Of a DNA stretch of 64,000 bases, positions 41,275-49,371 are shown in pieces. A program made the position numbers and the translations under genes. Source of the stretch: an uncultured Christensenella sp. (GTDB taxonomy: Bacteria > Bacillota > Clostridia > Christensenellales > Aristaeellaceae); assembly GCA_964481445.1 (NCBI GenBank), contig CAYZTQ010000001.1, positions 7,701 to 71,700 of the forward strand, read 5' to 3'. Each line of letters starts with the position of its first letter. Within the stretch, counting starts at the first letter, position 1. The notes under the pieces are model-generated. The model ran no database searches. It was not told the DNA's origin and saw only the letters and a list, made by a program, of their open reading frames with translations.

Positions 41275-41328
41275 CAATTGTAAACAAGCGCTCTTCTGCT
41301 CCCGACTTTGTGGGTTTTGTTACAATTG
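41275..41328. repeat. Inverted pair of the AT-rich motif: CAATTGTAAACAA (41275-41287) and TTGTTACAATTG (41317-41328)
   Basis: Read directly. The reverse complement of the first copy is TTGTTTACAATTG, so the two arms can pair over about 12 bp with one bulged T around a 29-nt loop. The pair sits between SBP-like gene B and the first permease gene. Confidence 0.45.
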
Positions 41329-41406
41329 ATGGGATCTGCTTATCTTGAAGCCCTGTTTAGAATGAAGTAGTATAGGTATGGTATTAAAAAAACGGAAGGA
41401 GCGGCG

Positions 41407-42264
41407 ATGTTTCAGAAAAAGAAGAGCCTCTGGCTCTTTCTTCTGCCGGGCCTGACAGGGCTTTTGCTGTTTTATGTGGTGCCCTTTCTGGGCGGCATTT
41501 ATTACAGCATGACGGATGGTACCATTTCCAACGAGATCGTCTGGTTTGCCAACTATAAGCGAGTGTGGGACAACGAGGTGTTCCGGCTGGGGCTTAAAAA
41601 CTCCCTTGAGCTCAGCCTGCTTTCTGCGCCCCTTATTTTTGTGTTTTCATTTATTCTGGCTGTTATGCTGCGGACGCTGAAAGAAAAGTCGGTCAGCTTC
41701 CGCAACCTGCTTCTGATGCCTTATCTGGTGCCGAGCGCCGCGCTGCTGATCGTGTGGCAGCAGATATTGTTCGATTTCGGCGGCCCGGTCAACCGTCTGG
41801 TCGCTGCCTTTGGCTTTGAGCGCGTGCTCTGGCTGGAGTCGGAGGCGCTCAGGGTGCCTGTCGTGTTTCTGTATATCTGGAAGAACCTCGGCTTTTCCAT
41901 TGTGCTCTTCTCAGCCGCCCTCTCCTCGGTGCCGGACGCGCTGTACGAGTTTGCCCGTCTGGAGGGCGCGGGCGTGGTGCAGCAGGAGCTGAAAATCACC
42001 CTGCCGATGATTTTGCCCACAGCTTTTCTGGTGTTCGTGATGGCCTGGGTCAACGCCTTCAAAATCTTCAAAGAGGTGTATTTCATCGGCGGCGCCTATC
42101 CGAGGGATTCGGTCTATACCCTGCAGCATTATATGAACAACCAGTTCGCCAAGCTGGATTATCAGAACGTGACGACGGCCGCCTACAGCTTCGCGCTGAT
42201 CGTGTTCGTGCTGTTCGGCATGCTGTATTTAAGCAGGGGGGTGCGCGGAAATGACGGCAGGTAA
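41407..42264 (+). CDS. ABC importer permease (CUT1/MalF-LplB type, binding-protein-dependent family)
   Basis: 285 aa with about 6 TM segments. The EAA loop reads YEFARLEGAGVVQQELKITLPMILP. Confidence 0.85.
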   Translation: MFQKKKSLWLFLLPGLTGLLLFYVVPFLGGIYYSMTDGTISNEIVWFANYKRVWDNEVFRLGLKNSLELSLLSAPLIFVFSFILAVMLRTLKEKSVSFRNLLLMPYLVPSAALLIVWQQILFDFGGPVNRLVAAFGFERVLWLESEALRVPVVFLYIWKNLGFSIVLFSAALSSVPDALYEFARLEGAGVVQQELKITLPMILPTAFLVFVMAWVNAFKIFKEVYFIGGAYPRDSVYTLQHYMNNQFAKLDYQNVTTAAYSFALIVFVLFGMLYLSRGVRGNDGR

Positions 42265-43144
42265 CCCCGCTGTGAGAAAACACCGCCGCAGGCCGCTGCG
42301 GCCCGGGCGCGCGCTCAGCTACGCGGTGCTGGTCATCGTCTGCGCGCTGCTGCTGCTCCCCATCGCGCTGACCTTTCTGTACAGTTTTTTCCCGACGGCT
42401 GAGATGAAGGCCTTTCTGGAGACGCGCAACAATTACGAGCCGGGCCATTTTATGGACATCCTGCTTTCGCCCTCCATTGTGTCGCTGGGGCAGTATTACA
42501 GCCTGATGATCGAAAAGCCCGTCTACCTGCAGCTGTTTTTCAACTCCGTCTTCTATACCCTGAGCATATTGCTGGGGCAGCTGCTGGTAATCCCCATGCT
42601 GTCCTACGCGCTGAGCCGCTTTAAGTTCCGCGGGCGCGACACGCTGTTTTTCATGGTGCTGATGCTGATGCTGCTGCCTTTTCAGGTGACGATGGCGCCC
42701 AGCGTGCTGACCATGCGGACGCTGGGGCTGATGAACACCCGCTGGGCGGTGATTCTGCCCATGATCTTCTCCCCGCTTTACATCTTCCTGATCCGCCAGT
42801 ACATGGTGGGCATTCCAACGGATATGTTTGAGGCGGCCATGATGGACGGTGCCGGTACCTGGCGCTGCTTTGCGCACATGGTGATGCCGATCTCCAAGCC
42901 CATCCTCGGCGCGGCGGCCGCCCTCAGCTTCGCGGACGGCTGGAACATGGTGGAGCAGCCGCTCATCTACCTGAGCAACGATCAGGGGGCCATGCCGCTG
43001 TCGGTCATGTTTGACAAGGTGGCTTCGGCTGAGCCCGGCGTGGCCTTCGCGGGCGCGGCGCTGTACATCCTGCCAGCGCTGCTGATCTACACCTACTTTC
43101 AGGAAGACATCCTGCTGGGCATTCAGCTGAGCGATATGAAATGA
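42251..43144 (+). CDS. ABC importer permease (CUT1/MalG-LplC type)
   Basis: 297 aa. The EAA loop reads MFEAAMMDGAGTWRCFAHMVMPISKP. It overlaps the upstream permease gene by 14 nt. Confidence 0.85.
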   Translation: MTAGNPAVRKHRRRPLRPGRALSYAVLVIVCALLLLPIALTFLYSFFPTAEMKAFLETRNNYEPGHFMDILLSPSIVSLGQYYSLMIEKPVYLQLFFNSVFYTLSILLGQLLVIPMLSYALSRFKFRGRDTLFFMVLMLMLLPFQVTMAPSVLTMRTLGLMNTRWAVILPMIFSPLYIFLIRQYMVGIPTDMFEAAMMDGAGTWRCFAHMVMPISKPILGAAAALSFADGWNMVEQPLIYLSNDQGAMPLSVMFDKVASAEPGVAFAGAALYILPALLIYTYFQEDILLGIQLSDMK

Positions 43145-44508
43145 GCCGCGCGATGAAGATGAAAAAAGTATTGATAAAAGCTCTGCTCGCGCTGGCCTGC
43201 GCGGCGCTTCTTTTGACGGCCGCTTTCGCGCTCTGGCAGGCCCTTGATACGGCGCAGGTAGAGACCGTTCTTCCCGTCCGCGGCAGGCTGCGGGATGAGA
43301 TCCCCCTGGAAGGGGAGGTCTATTTTAAGGAAAGCGACGCCTATTCCATTCCGCTGGCAGCCAAACTGAACCTGTATGTGGAGGAGGTCAGAGTGCGACC
43401 GGGCAGTAGGGTGCAGCCGGGCGACGTGCTGTTCACAGCCTCGGTGCCGGGGTATGAGGCGGAGCTTGAGAAGCTGATGAAGGCCTACAGGGAGGCGGTG
43501 GCGAAGTACTCCGAAAAATCGGCCGCCGGGCTGCATTTCGGCCAGAGCAGCCCGCATAACGATTACTACAACGCCATGATTCACGCCACGGAGAATTATT
43601 GGGAAAAGCTGTACCGCGCCAGGACCGCCGCTCTTGCCGCGGGGCAGGAGCTGCCGGCGAATATCGCCGATTGGAAGGCAGGGCTTTCTGGAACGCGGGA
43701 CAAGGCGCTGGAGGAGGCTGTTAGGGAGGCGCTGTCGGCGAAAGAAGCCATGGACGGGGCGACGGCGACACTGAAAAGCATCTATGAGGAAGGTAAGCCC
43801 GTGCCGCGCCTCGGAGACGCCTACTTTGCCTACATCAAAGAGCTGGACGGCCTCAAGGATGGCGTATACGAACAGCTGCGCGTCCTGATGGATTTTGAGC
43901 GGAAGGTCGACGCGCTGAAGATGACGAAGGCGGAGGCGGGCGGCTATGTGACCGAGCTGAATGTCAAAGAGGGCGAGGGATATGACGGCAGCAAACCGGC
44001 CTACCGCCTGAGCGCCGCGGGAGAGAAGCCGCTGATCCGCTGCGAGACGAGCCACCTGACAAAGGAATTGAGAACCGGCCTGCAGGCCGGGCTGCCCGGC
44101 GGCGGGTCGCTGAGCGTGGTTTCAACAGAGAAAACGCCGGACGGAAAGACCTGGGCGTATCTGGAACCGGATGAGGAGCTTTTGAAAACGCCCGAGGGCG
44201 TAGAGCGGCTGATGGAAAAGAAGCAGGCCCTCCGCCTTCGCTATGAGGCGGAGGAAACCGCGACCCTGCTGCCGGCGGGCGCGCTGCATCTGGATGGCGA
44301 CGGCCGGTACTTTGTCTGGACAGCGCGGAAGGCTGGCGGCCTCCTGCCCGGCCTCAGCGCCGACAGAGCTGCCCGGCAGGAGGTCACGGTGCTGGAAACC
44401 TCGCAGGATATGGCCGCCGTCCGGGAAGAGTTGACCGGCCTTCAGGTGCTGTACCGGGAGAATAAGGCGCTTCATGAGGGCAGGAGGGTACGGCTGCATG
44501 ACAACTGA
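43141..44508 (+). CDS. Membrane-fusion (HlyD/MFP periplasmic adaptor)-like protein, paralogue A
   Basis: 455 aa with an N-terminal TM anchor (KALLALACAALLLTAAFALW). A lipoyl-like hairpin is present (YVEEVRVRPGSRVQPGDVLFTASVP), followed by a helical region and a C-terminal beta-domain pattern (LPAGALHLDGDGRYFVWTARK...VTVLETS). The ATGA start/stop overlaps the permease gene. Confidence 0.5.
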   Translation: MSRAMKMKKVLIKALLALACAALLLTAAFALWQALDTAQVETVLPVRGRLRDEIPLEGEVYFKESDAYSIPLAAKLNLYVEEVRVRPGSRVQPGDVLFTASVPGYEAELEKLMKAYREAVAKYSEKSAAGLHFGQSSPHNDYYNAMIHATENYWEKLYRARTAALAAGQELPANIADWKAGLSGTRDKALEEAVREALSAKEAMDGATATLKSIYEEGKPVPRLGDAYFAYIKELDGLKDGVYEQLRVLMDFERKVDALKMTKAEAGGYVTELNVKEGEGYDGSKPAYRLSAAGEKPLIRCETSHLTKELRTGLQAGLPGGGSLSVVSTEKTPDGKTWAYLEPDEELLKTPEGVERLMEKKQALRLRYEAEETATLLPAGALHLDGDGRYFVWTARKAGGLLPGLSADRAARQEVTVLETSQDMAAVREELTGLQVLYRENKALHEGRRVRLHDN

Positions 44509-44559
44509 TATGAGAATAGACAACGGATTTTATCAAAAGAACAGGGTGGGGGACGCGAG

Positions 44560-46143
44560 ATGAACACGAAACGAAAAGCTTTGAAAGGCCTGCTGATACT
44601 GACCTGCGTGCTGCTGGCCTGCATGTTCTTCGCGCGTACCGTGCAGACGATCACCACCGCCAAGGTGCAGAAAATCACCGCCACCCGCGGAAAGCTGGAA
44701 GATATCATCAAGGTGGACGGAGAGATCCGTTTTTCCAAAAGCGAGCCTGTGACGCTGAAAGGAGCCAAAGACCTGCCTCTGACCATCGAAAAGGTGCTGG
44801 CGCGGCCCGGCTACCAGATCAAAGCGGGAGATACGCTTTTCACCGCTTCGGTGCCGGATTTTGAAGATAAGCTGGAAGCCATCAAGGCGGATTATGATAA
44901 AAAGGTGCGCGAGCGGGCTGAAACTGTGGCCGGCAGCCTGCGCATCAAGCAGACAAGCGAACAGAACGACTATTATAACGCGATGATTCACGCGACAGAC
45001 GACTACTGGGATAAGCTGTTCAAGGCCAAGTCCGCGGCGCTGGCCGCCGGGGTGGAGCTGCCGGACGATATCAGCCAGTGGCAGGTCAACCGTGTGGAAA
45101 CAGTCGTCTCAGACGCGGCAGATGCGAATGCGCAAAAGGATCAGCCCCAGCCCGAAGCGGCGCAGACGCCGGAGGGAAAGCAGACGGAAGAAGCCGCGCC
45201 GGTTGAAACTGTTGAAAAACAGGAAGAGAAGGCGACCGGAGAAAAAACAGCCGACAAGGCTGATACGGCAGAGCGTGATAAGGCGGGGCAGGAAGCCGTG
45301 CCCGATAAAACCCCGGAGCAGAAGACTGAGGAGGCCATGAAGCTGGCCATGCAGCAGGCCTATGAAGCCATGCTCAAAAAGGACGAGGCAACCGATCTGC
45401 TGAAGAGGATTTATACCAAAAAGAACGCGCCCGCCCCCAGAATCTTTGACGGCGTGTTCGATTACATCAAAAAAATCGACAAGATGAGCGAGGAAATCCA
45501 CGATTATCTTGATAAGATGCTGAAGCTTGAGAAGCAGAAGATTGCGCTTGAGCGCATCAAGGCGGAGCGGGACGGCTGGCTGACAGACTTTTCCCTCAAA
45601 GCGGGCGATAAGTATGACGGCAGCAAGCCGGCCTATTCCCTGAGCCTGCCGGGCGAAATGCCGGTGATCCGCTGCGATATCAGCGATGTCAAAAAGACCA
45701 TCACCAAGGGGATGAAGGCCCGGCTGTCCGGCAACGACACCGAGCTGAAAATCAGCGACGTGGTGATTATGGCGGGCGGGAAGAAATACGCCGTCATTGA
45801 GCTGGATGAGGATACGCTTTCCAGCCTCGGCGGCCTGAGCAAGCTGATCAGCGGCCCTCAGAAGATGGAGATCGTCTACAAGGCCAAACGCACCACCACC
45901 CTGATCCCCCTGAGCGCGCTGCGCAGCGAGGCGGAGAACAAATACTATGTCTATGTCATTCAGGAAAACTGGGGCGGGTTGCTCAGCAACAACACCTATA
46001 CGGTGAAAAAGCAGGATGTGACGGTGATCGAGACCTCGGCCAAGCTGGCGTCGATTGAGGATGAAATGAGCCAGCTGCAGCTGGCGGACCGGGAGGACAG
46101 GGCGCTGAAGGACGGTCAGGCGGTGATGGAATATGTCGATTAA
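44560..46143 (+). CDS. Membrane-fusion (HlyD/MFP)-like protein, paralogue B, with an acidic low-complexity insertion
   Basis: 527 aa. It is collinear with paralogue A: IEKVLARPGYQIKAGDTLFTASVP; NDYYNAMIHATDDYWDKLF versus NDYYNAMIHATENYWEKLY; IPLSALRSEAENKYYVYVIQ. An extra E/K/A/T-rich insert of about 80 aa lies at about 45090-45340. Confidence 0.5.
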   Translation: MNTKRKALKGLLILTCVLLACMFFARTVQTITTAKVQKITATRGKLEDIIKVDGEIRFSKSEPVTLKGAKDLPLTIEKVLARPGYQIKAGDTLFTASVPDFEDKLEAIKADYDKKVRERAETVAGSLRIKQTSEQNDYYNAMIHATDDYWDKLFKAKSAALAAGVELPDDISQWQVNRVETVVSDAADANAQKDQPQPEAAQTPEGKQTEEAAPVETVEKQEEKATGEKTADKADTAERDKAGQEAVPDKTPEQKTEEAMKLAMQQAYEAMLKKDEATDLLKRIYTKKNAPAPRIFDGVFDYIKKIDKMSEEIHDYLDKMLKLEKQKIALERIKAERDGWLTDFSLKAGDKYDGSKPAYSLSLPGEMPVIRCDISDVKKTITKGMKARLSGNDTELKISDVVIMAGGKKYAVIELDEDTLSSLGGLSKLISGPQKMEIVYKAKRTTTLIPLSALRSEAENKYYVYVIQENWGGLLSNNTYTVKKQDVTVIETSAKLASIEDEMSQLQLADREDRALKDGQAVMEYVD

Positions 46144-47335
46144 GCGGGCCGCGCTGCTGGCTCTGTGCGCTCTATGCATAGGCGCTGTCCTGCTGTCCCT
46201 CAGGGGGACGCCCGCCGTCTTTGAGTATAATATCCTCTCACCCCGCGTTGAAAAGCCGGAGCCCGCGGCGCCTTCGCCCGAGGAGCAGGAAAGCGGCGGG
46301 CAGCCCAAAGAAGAAAAGCCGAGCGCTCTCAGTGAGCTTTTAAAAGACCTGGATGCGAAGGCGCAGGATCTTGGCGGCGTCCTGTCCGCCTACGGCGCGG
46401 CGGCCTATCTGCCCTCCGCCTCCTGCTCAGACCCTCAGTCGGAGAAGGAACCCAAGGCGGCCCTGCTGAAGGGGATCTGGGGCGCCAGGCTGCACCCGGA
46501 CGGCGTGCTTGTGGAAGGGCGGCAGCTGTATCTGGAGGAAATCGAGAAGGGAAGCCCCTGCGCGGTCATCAACGAGTGGCTGGCCATCAACCTGTACAGA
46601 ATCGGCAATCCCGTGGGGCGTAAACTGCGCGTGGGGGAGGCCGAGTTCACCGTGGTCGGCGTTGTGAAAAGCGCGCGCACCGTGGGGGACAGGGAGCCGG
46701 GCCTTGTGCTGGCGCCCCTGCTTGCGCTGGATAAAGCCGGTATCCAGACCCGGATGCTCAGCGTGCTGATGCAGCCGACGCCCGGCTCGGGCGCCTATGC
46801 CGCGCTCAGCCAGGCGATGGCGAAATGGCAGGAGGGGGGAGACTTTTACAGCCTGCCCAAGGAAGCCTACCGCGTGCGCCTGCCTCTGCGGCTGCTGCTG
46901 TGCGCGCTTGGCGCGCTGGTTGTGGCGGTGACGCTCAGGCTGTCGGGCCTGGCGACAAAAAGTCTCTATCAGGGCGGCAAACACAGGCTGGAAAGGCGCT
47001 ACGCCGTCAACATGCTGCCCGAAATCATCGGGCGCGCCCTGCTGATCCTCCTGATGTACGCTGTAAACGCCGCGGCCATCGCACTGATTTTGCAGGCCCT
47101 GATCGCGCCGGTCTATATCTTCCCGGAATGGGTGCCGGGGCGCCTGGTCGACCCGGGCAAGATCGCCGAAACCTTCTGGATTCTGAGAGGGCAGGAGAAT
47201 GGCCTGCTTTCGCTGCGCACGCCGGAGCTGCTGCGCCTCAGATACCTGCACAGGCTGATGACCGTTTTCTGCTCTGCGCTGTTCTTCCTGCTGCTGCGTC
47301 CCTACTATTTATGGAAGAAACGCGTATTTGACTGA
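46133..47335 (+). CDS. MacB/FtsX-like 4-TM membrane protein with a large extracytoplasmic domain
   Basis: 400 aa. TM1 is AALLALCALCIGAVLLSL. It is followed by an extracytoplasmic domain of about 200 aa containing a MacB-PCD-like segment (AVINEWLAINLYRIGNPVGRKLRVGEAEFTVVGVVKS), then three further TM segments. It overlaps the upstream gene by 11 nt. Confidence 0.45.
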   Translation: MSIKRAALLALCALCIGAVLLSLRGTPAVFEYNILSPRVEKPEPAAPSPEEQESGGQPKEEKPSALSELLKDLDAKAQDLGGVLSAYGAAAYLPSASCSDPQSEKEPKAALLKGIWGARLHPDGVLVEGRQLYLEEIEKGSPCAVINEWLAINLYRIGNPVGRKLRVGEAEFTVVGVVKSARTVGDREPGLVLAPLLALDKAGIQTRMLSVLMQPTPGSGAYAALSQAMAKWQEGGDFYSLPKEAYRVRLPLRLLLCALGALVVAVTLRLSGLATKSLYQGGKHRLERRYAVNMLPEIIGRALLILLMYAVNAAAIALILQALIAPVYIFPEWVPGRLVDPGKIAETFWILRGQENGLLSLRTPELLRLRYLHRLMTVFCSALFFLLLRPYYLWKKRVFD

Positions 47336-47360
47336 TACGTTTGAAGCCTTTGCGCAAGCA

Positions 47361-47394
47361 GCAATCCCTCCGCACCGGCGGAGGGATTGCTTTA
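47361..47394 (+). terminator. Strong Rho-independent terminator ending the transporter-like operon
   Basis: GCAATCCCTCCGC (47361-47373) pairs with GCGGAGGGATTGC (47378-47390), a perfect 13-bp stem with loop ACCG, followed by TTTAT. Confidence 0.7.
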
Positions 47395-47520
47395 TGCGGA
47401 GAATGATACACACGAAAGGGTTGTCAATGATGCGTTTTCAAAACCCTCGGGAAACGTGAATTATCCTATCAAAAAGGGAGAACGGGTACAAAAAAAGATG
47501 CGGAATAGTGCAAAAAGTAC

Positions 47521-47549
47521 TTGCATTCAGTTTGTCACCTGCGTATAAT
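47521..47549 (+). promoter_or_regulatory. SigA-type promoter of the S10 operon
   Basis: TTGCAT (47521-47526), 17 nt, TATAAT (47544-47549). Confidence 0.6.
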
Positions 47550-47763
47550 AACAAGGCTGTCTGTTTAGGGATGACGCGATAGGTTGCCGCCCCGGCCTTG
47601 GGCGGGTAATTATCGCCGACCAGCCCGAAAATCGGGCGACGGACTCAGGTTTTCTGCCGCAAGACCAGGCGGGGGAAAATCACCGGCAGGCACGCAGCGC
47701 CATCTTGCGTCGGCAATGCGGCCGCACCCGGTACCATGAGAACGATTAATAGGAGGAAATCAA
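47550..47763 (+). promoter_or_regulatory. GC-rich structured 5' leader of ~210 nt upstream of rpsJ
   Basis: Several local helices can be read by eye: CCGCCC/GGGCGG (about 47588-47606), CCCGA-AAA-TCGGG (about 47623-47635), CTGCCG/CGGCAG (about 47655-47690) and ACGCA/TGCGT (about 47693-47711). The leader ends at the RBS AGGAGG. Confidence 0.35.
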
Positions 47764-48072
47764 ATGGCCAATCAGAAAATCCGGATCAAGCTCAAGGCAT
47801 ACGAGCACAACTTGATCGATCAGTCCGCCGAGCGGATCGTGGATACCGCGAAGCGCACGGGCGCCCGTGTTTCCGGCCCCATCCCGCTGCCCACCGAGAA
47901 GGAAATCGTCACCATTCTCCGCGCGCCGCACAAGTACAAGGACAGCCGCGAGCAGTTTGAGCGCCGCACCCACAAGCGTTTGATCGATATTCATAACCCC
48001 AATGCCCGCACTGTGGACGCCATGATGAAGCTGGATCTTCCCGCCGGCGTCGAAATTGAAATCAAACTGTAA
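47764..48072 (+). CDS. rpsJ: 30S ribosomal protein S10
   Basis: 102 aa, reading [44 protein letters not shown]. Confidence 0.97.
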   Translation: MANQKIRIKLKAYEHNLIDQSAERIVDTAKRTGARVSGPIPLPTEKEIVTILRAPHKYKDSREQFERRTHKRLIDIHNPNARTVDAMMKLDLPAGVEIEIKL

Positions 48073-48088
48073 GGCAGGAGGAACCATC

Positions 48089-48730
48089 ATGAAAAAAGCG
48101 ATTTTAGGCAAAAAGTTGGGCATGACGCAGAAGTTCCTGCCCGACGGCCGTCTGGTGCCGGTCACTGTGATTCTCGCAGGCCCCTGCACCGTTGTTCAGA
48201 AGAAGACTCTGGAAAAGGATGGCTACGAGGCCATTCAGGTCGGCTTTGACACGCTGAGCGAAAAGCGCGCGGAAAAGCTGGTCAGCAAGCCCGCCGCCGG
48301 CCACTTCAAGAAGGCCAATGTCGCCCCCGCCCGCTATCTGCGCGAGTTCCGGCTGGACAACGCCTCCGAGTACGAAGTCGGCCAGTCGATCGGCGTTTCC
48401 GTTTTCGAAGCGGGCGAAAAGATCGATATTACCGGCACCAGCAAGGGCCACGGCTTTACCGGCGTCATTTACCGCTGGAACCAGTCCAGAGGCCCGATGG
48501 CCCACGGCTCCAAGTATCACCGCGGTGTCGGCTCCATGAGCGCCAACTCCGACCCCAGCCGCGTGTTCAAGAACAAGCACATGTCCGGCCACTACGGTGT
48601 CGAGCGCGTGACGGTGCAGAACCTCGAAGTGGTGGAAGTGGATGCCGAGCGCAACCTGCTGCTCGTGAAGGGCGCGGTGCCCGGCCAGGCCGGCAGCCTG
48701 CTGTTTGTCCGTAACACCTGCAAAGCCTGA
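48089..48730 (+). CDS. rplC: 50S ribosomal protein L3
   Basis: In ORF 48056..48730 the start is taken at [16 protein letters not shown], with a GGAGG RBS. Confidence 0.95.
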   Translation: MKKAILGKKLGMTQKFLPDGRLVPVTVILAGPCTVVQKKTLEKDGYEAIQVGFDTLSEKRAEKLVSKPAAGHFKKANVAPARYLREFRLDNASEYEVGQSIGVSVFEAGEKIDITGTSKGHGFTGVIYRWNQSRGPMAHGSKYHRGVGSMSANSDPSRVFKNKHMSGHYGVERVTVQNLEVVEVDAERNLLLVKGAVPGQAGSLLFVRNTCKA

Positions 48731-48747
48731 GAAGGAGGATAACGTTT

Positions 48748-49371
48748 ATGCCAAGCATTCAAGTTCTTAACATGCAGGGTAAGGCAGCGGGCGAAATGAA
48801 TCTCTCGGACGAGATTTTTGCCGTAACGCCCAATGTGGCCGCCATGCATCTGGTTGTCCGTTCCATTCTGGCCAACAAGCGCCAGGGAACGCAGAGCGCC
48901 CTGACCCGCGGCAAGGTCAGAGGCGGCGGCCGTAAGATTTACCGCCAGAAGGGCACCGGCAACGCGCGTCACCATTCCAATCGCGCGCCCCAGTTCCGCC
49001 ACGGCGGCGTGGTGTTCGCTCCCCAGCCCCGCGATTATGTGGTCAACGTGCCCAAGAAGGTTCGCCGCCTGGCGATGAAGAGCGCGCTGTCCAGCAAGCT
49101 GTCCGCCGGCGATATCATCGTAGTGGATAAGATCAGCCTCGAAGAGGCCAAGACCAAGCTGGTCGCCAGGATGCTTAAGGATCTGGGCGTCGAGAAGAAG
49201 GCCCTGCTGGTGATGGCCGGCCCCGATGAGAACCTCATCCGCGCCTCGCGCAATATTGAGATTCTCTCGGGCACCAACGTCAACACCCTGAACGTTTATG
49301 ACATCCTGCGCGCAGGCAAGCTGATTATTCTGCAGGATGCAGTGAAAGGCATTGAGGAGGTGTACGCCTGA
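48748..49371 (+). CDS. rplD: 50S ribosomal protein L4
   Basis: 207 aa, containing RQGTQSALTRGKVRGGGRKIYRQKGTGNARH. Confidence 0.95.
   Translation: MPSIQVLNMQGKAAGEMNLSDEIFAVTPNVAAMHLVVRSILANKRQGTQSALTRGKVRGGGRKIYRQKGTGNARHHSNRAPQFRHGGVVFAPQPRDYVVNVPKKVRRLAMKSALSSKLSAGDIIVVDKISLEEAKTKLVARMLKDLGVEKKALLVMAGPDENLIRASRNIEILSGTNVNTLNVYDILRAGKLIILQDAVKGIEEVYA

Noticed and set aside
45092-45340. 82-aa Arg/Lys-rich + ORF (MWKQSSQTRQMRMRKRISPSPKRRRRRRESRRKK...)
   Set aside because: It is an alternative frame of the GA-rich low-complexity insert inside MFP-like paralogue B. There is no independent start signal.
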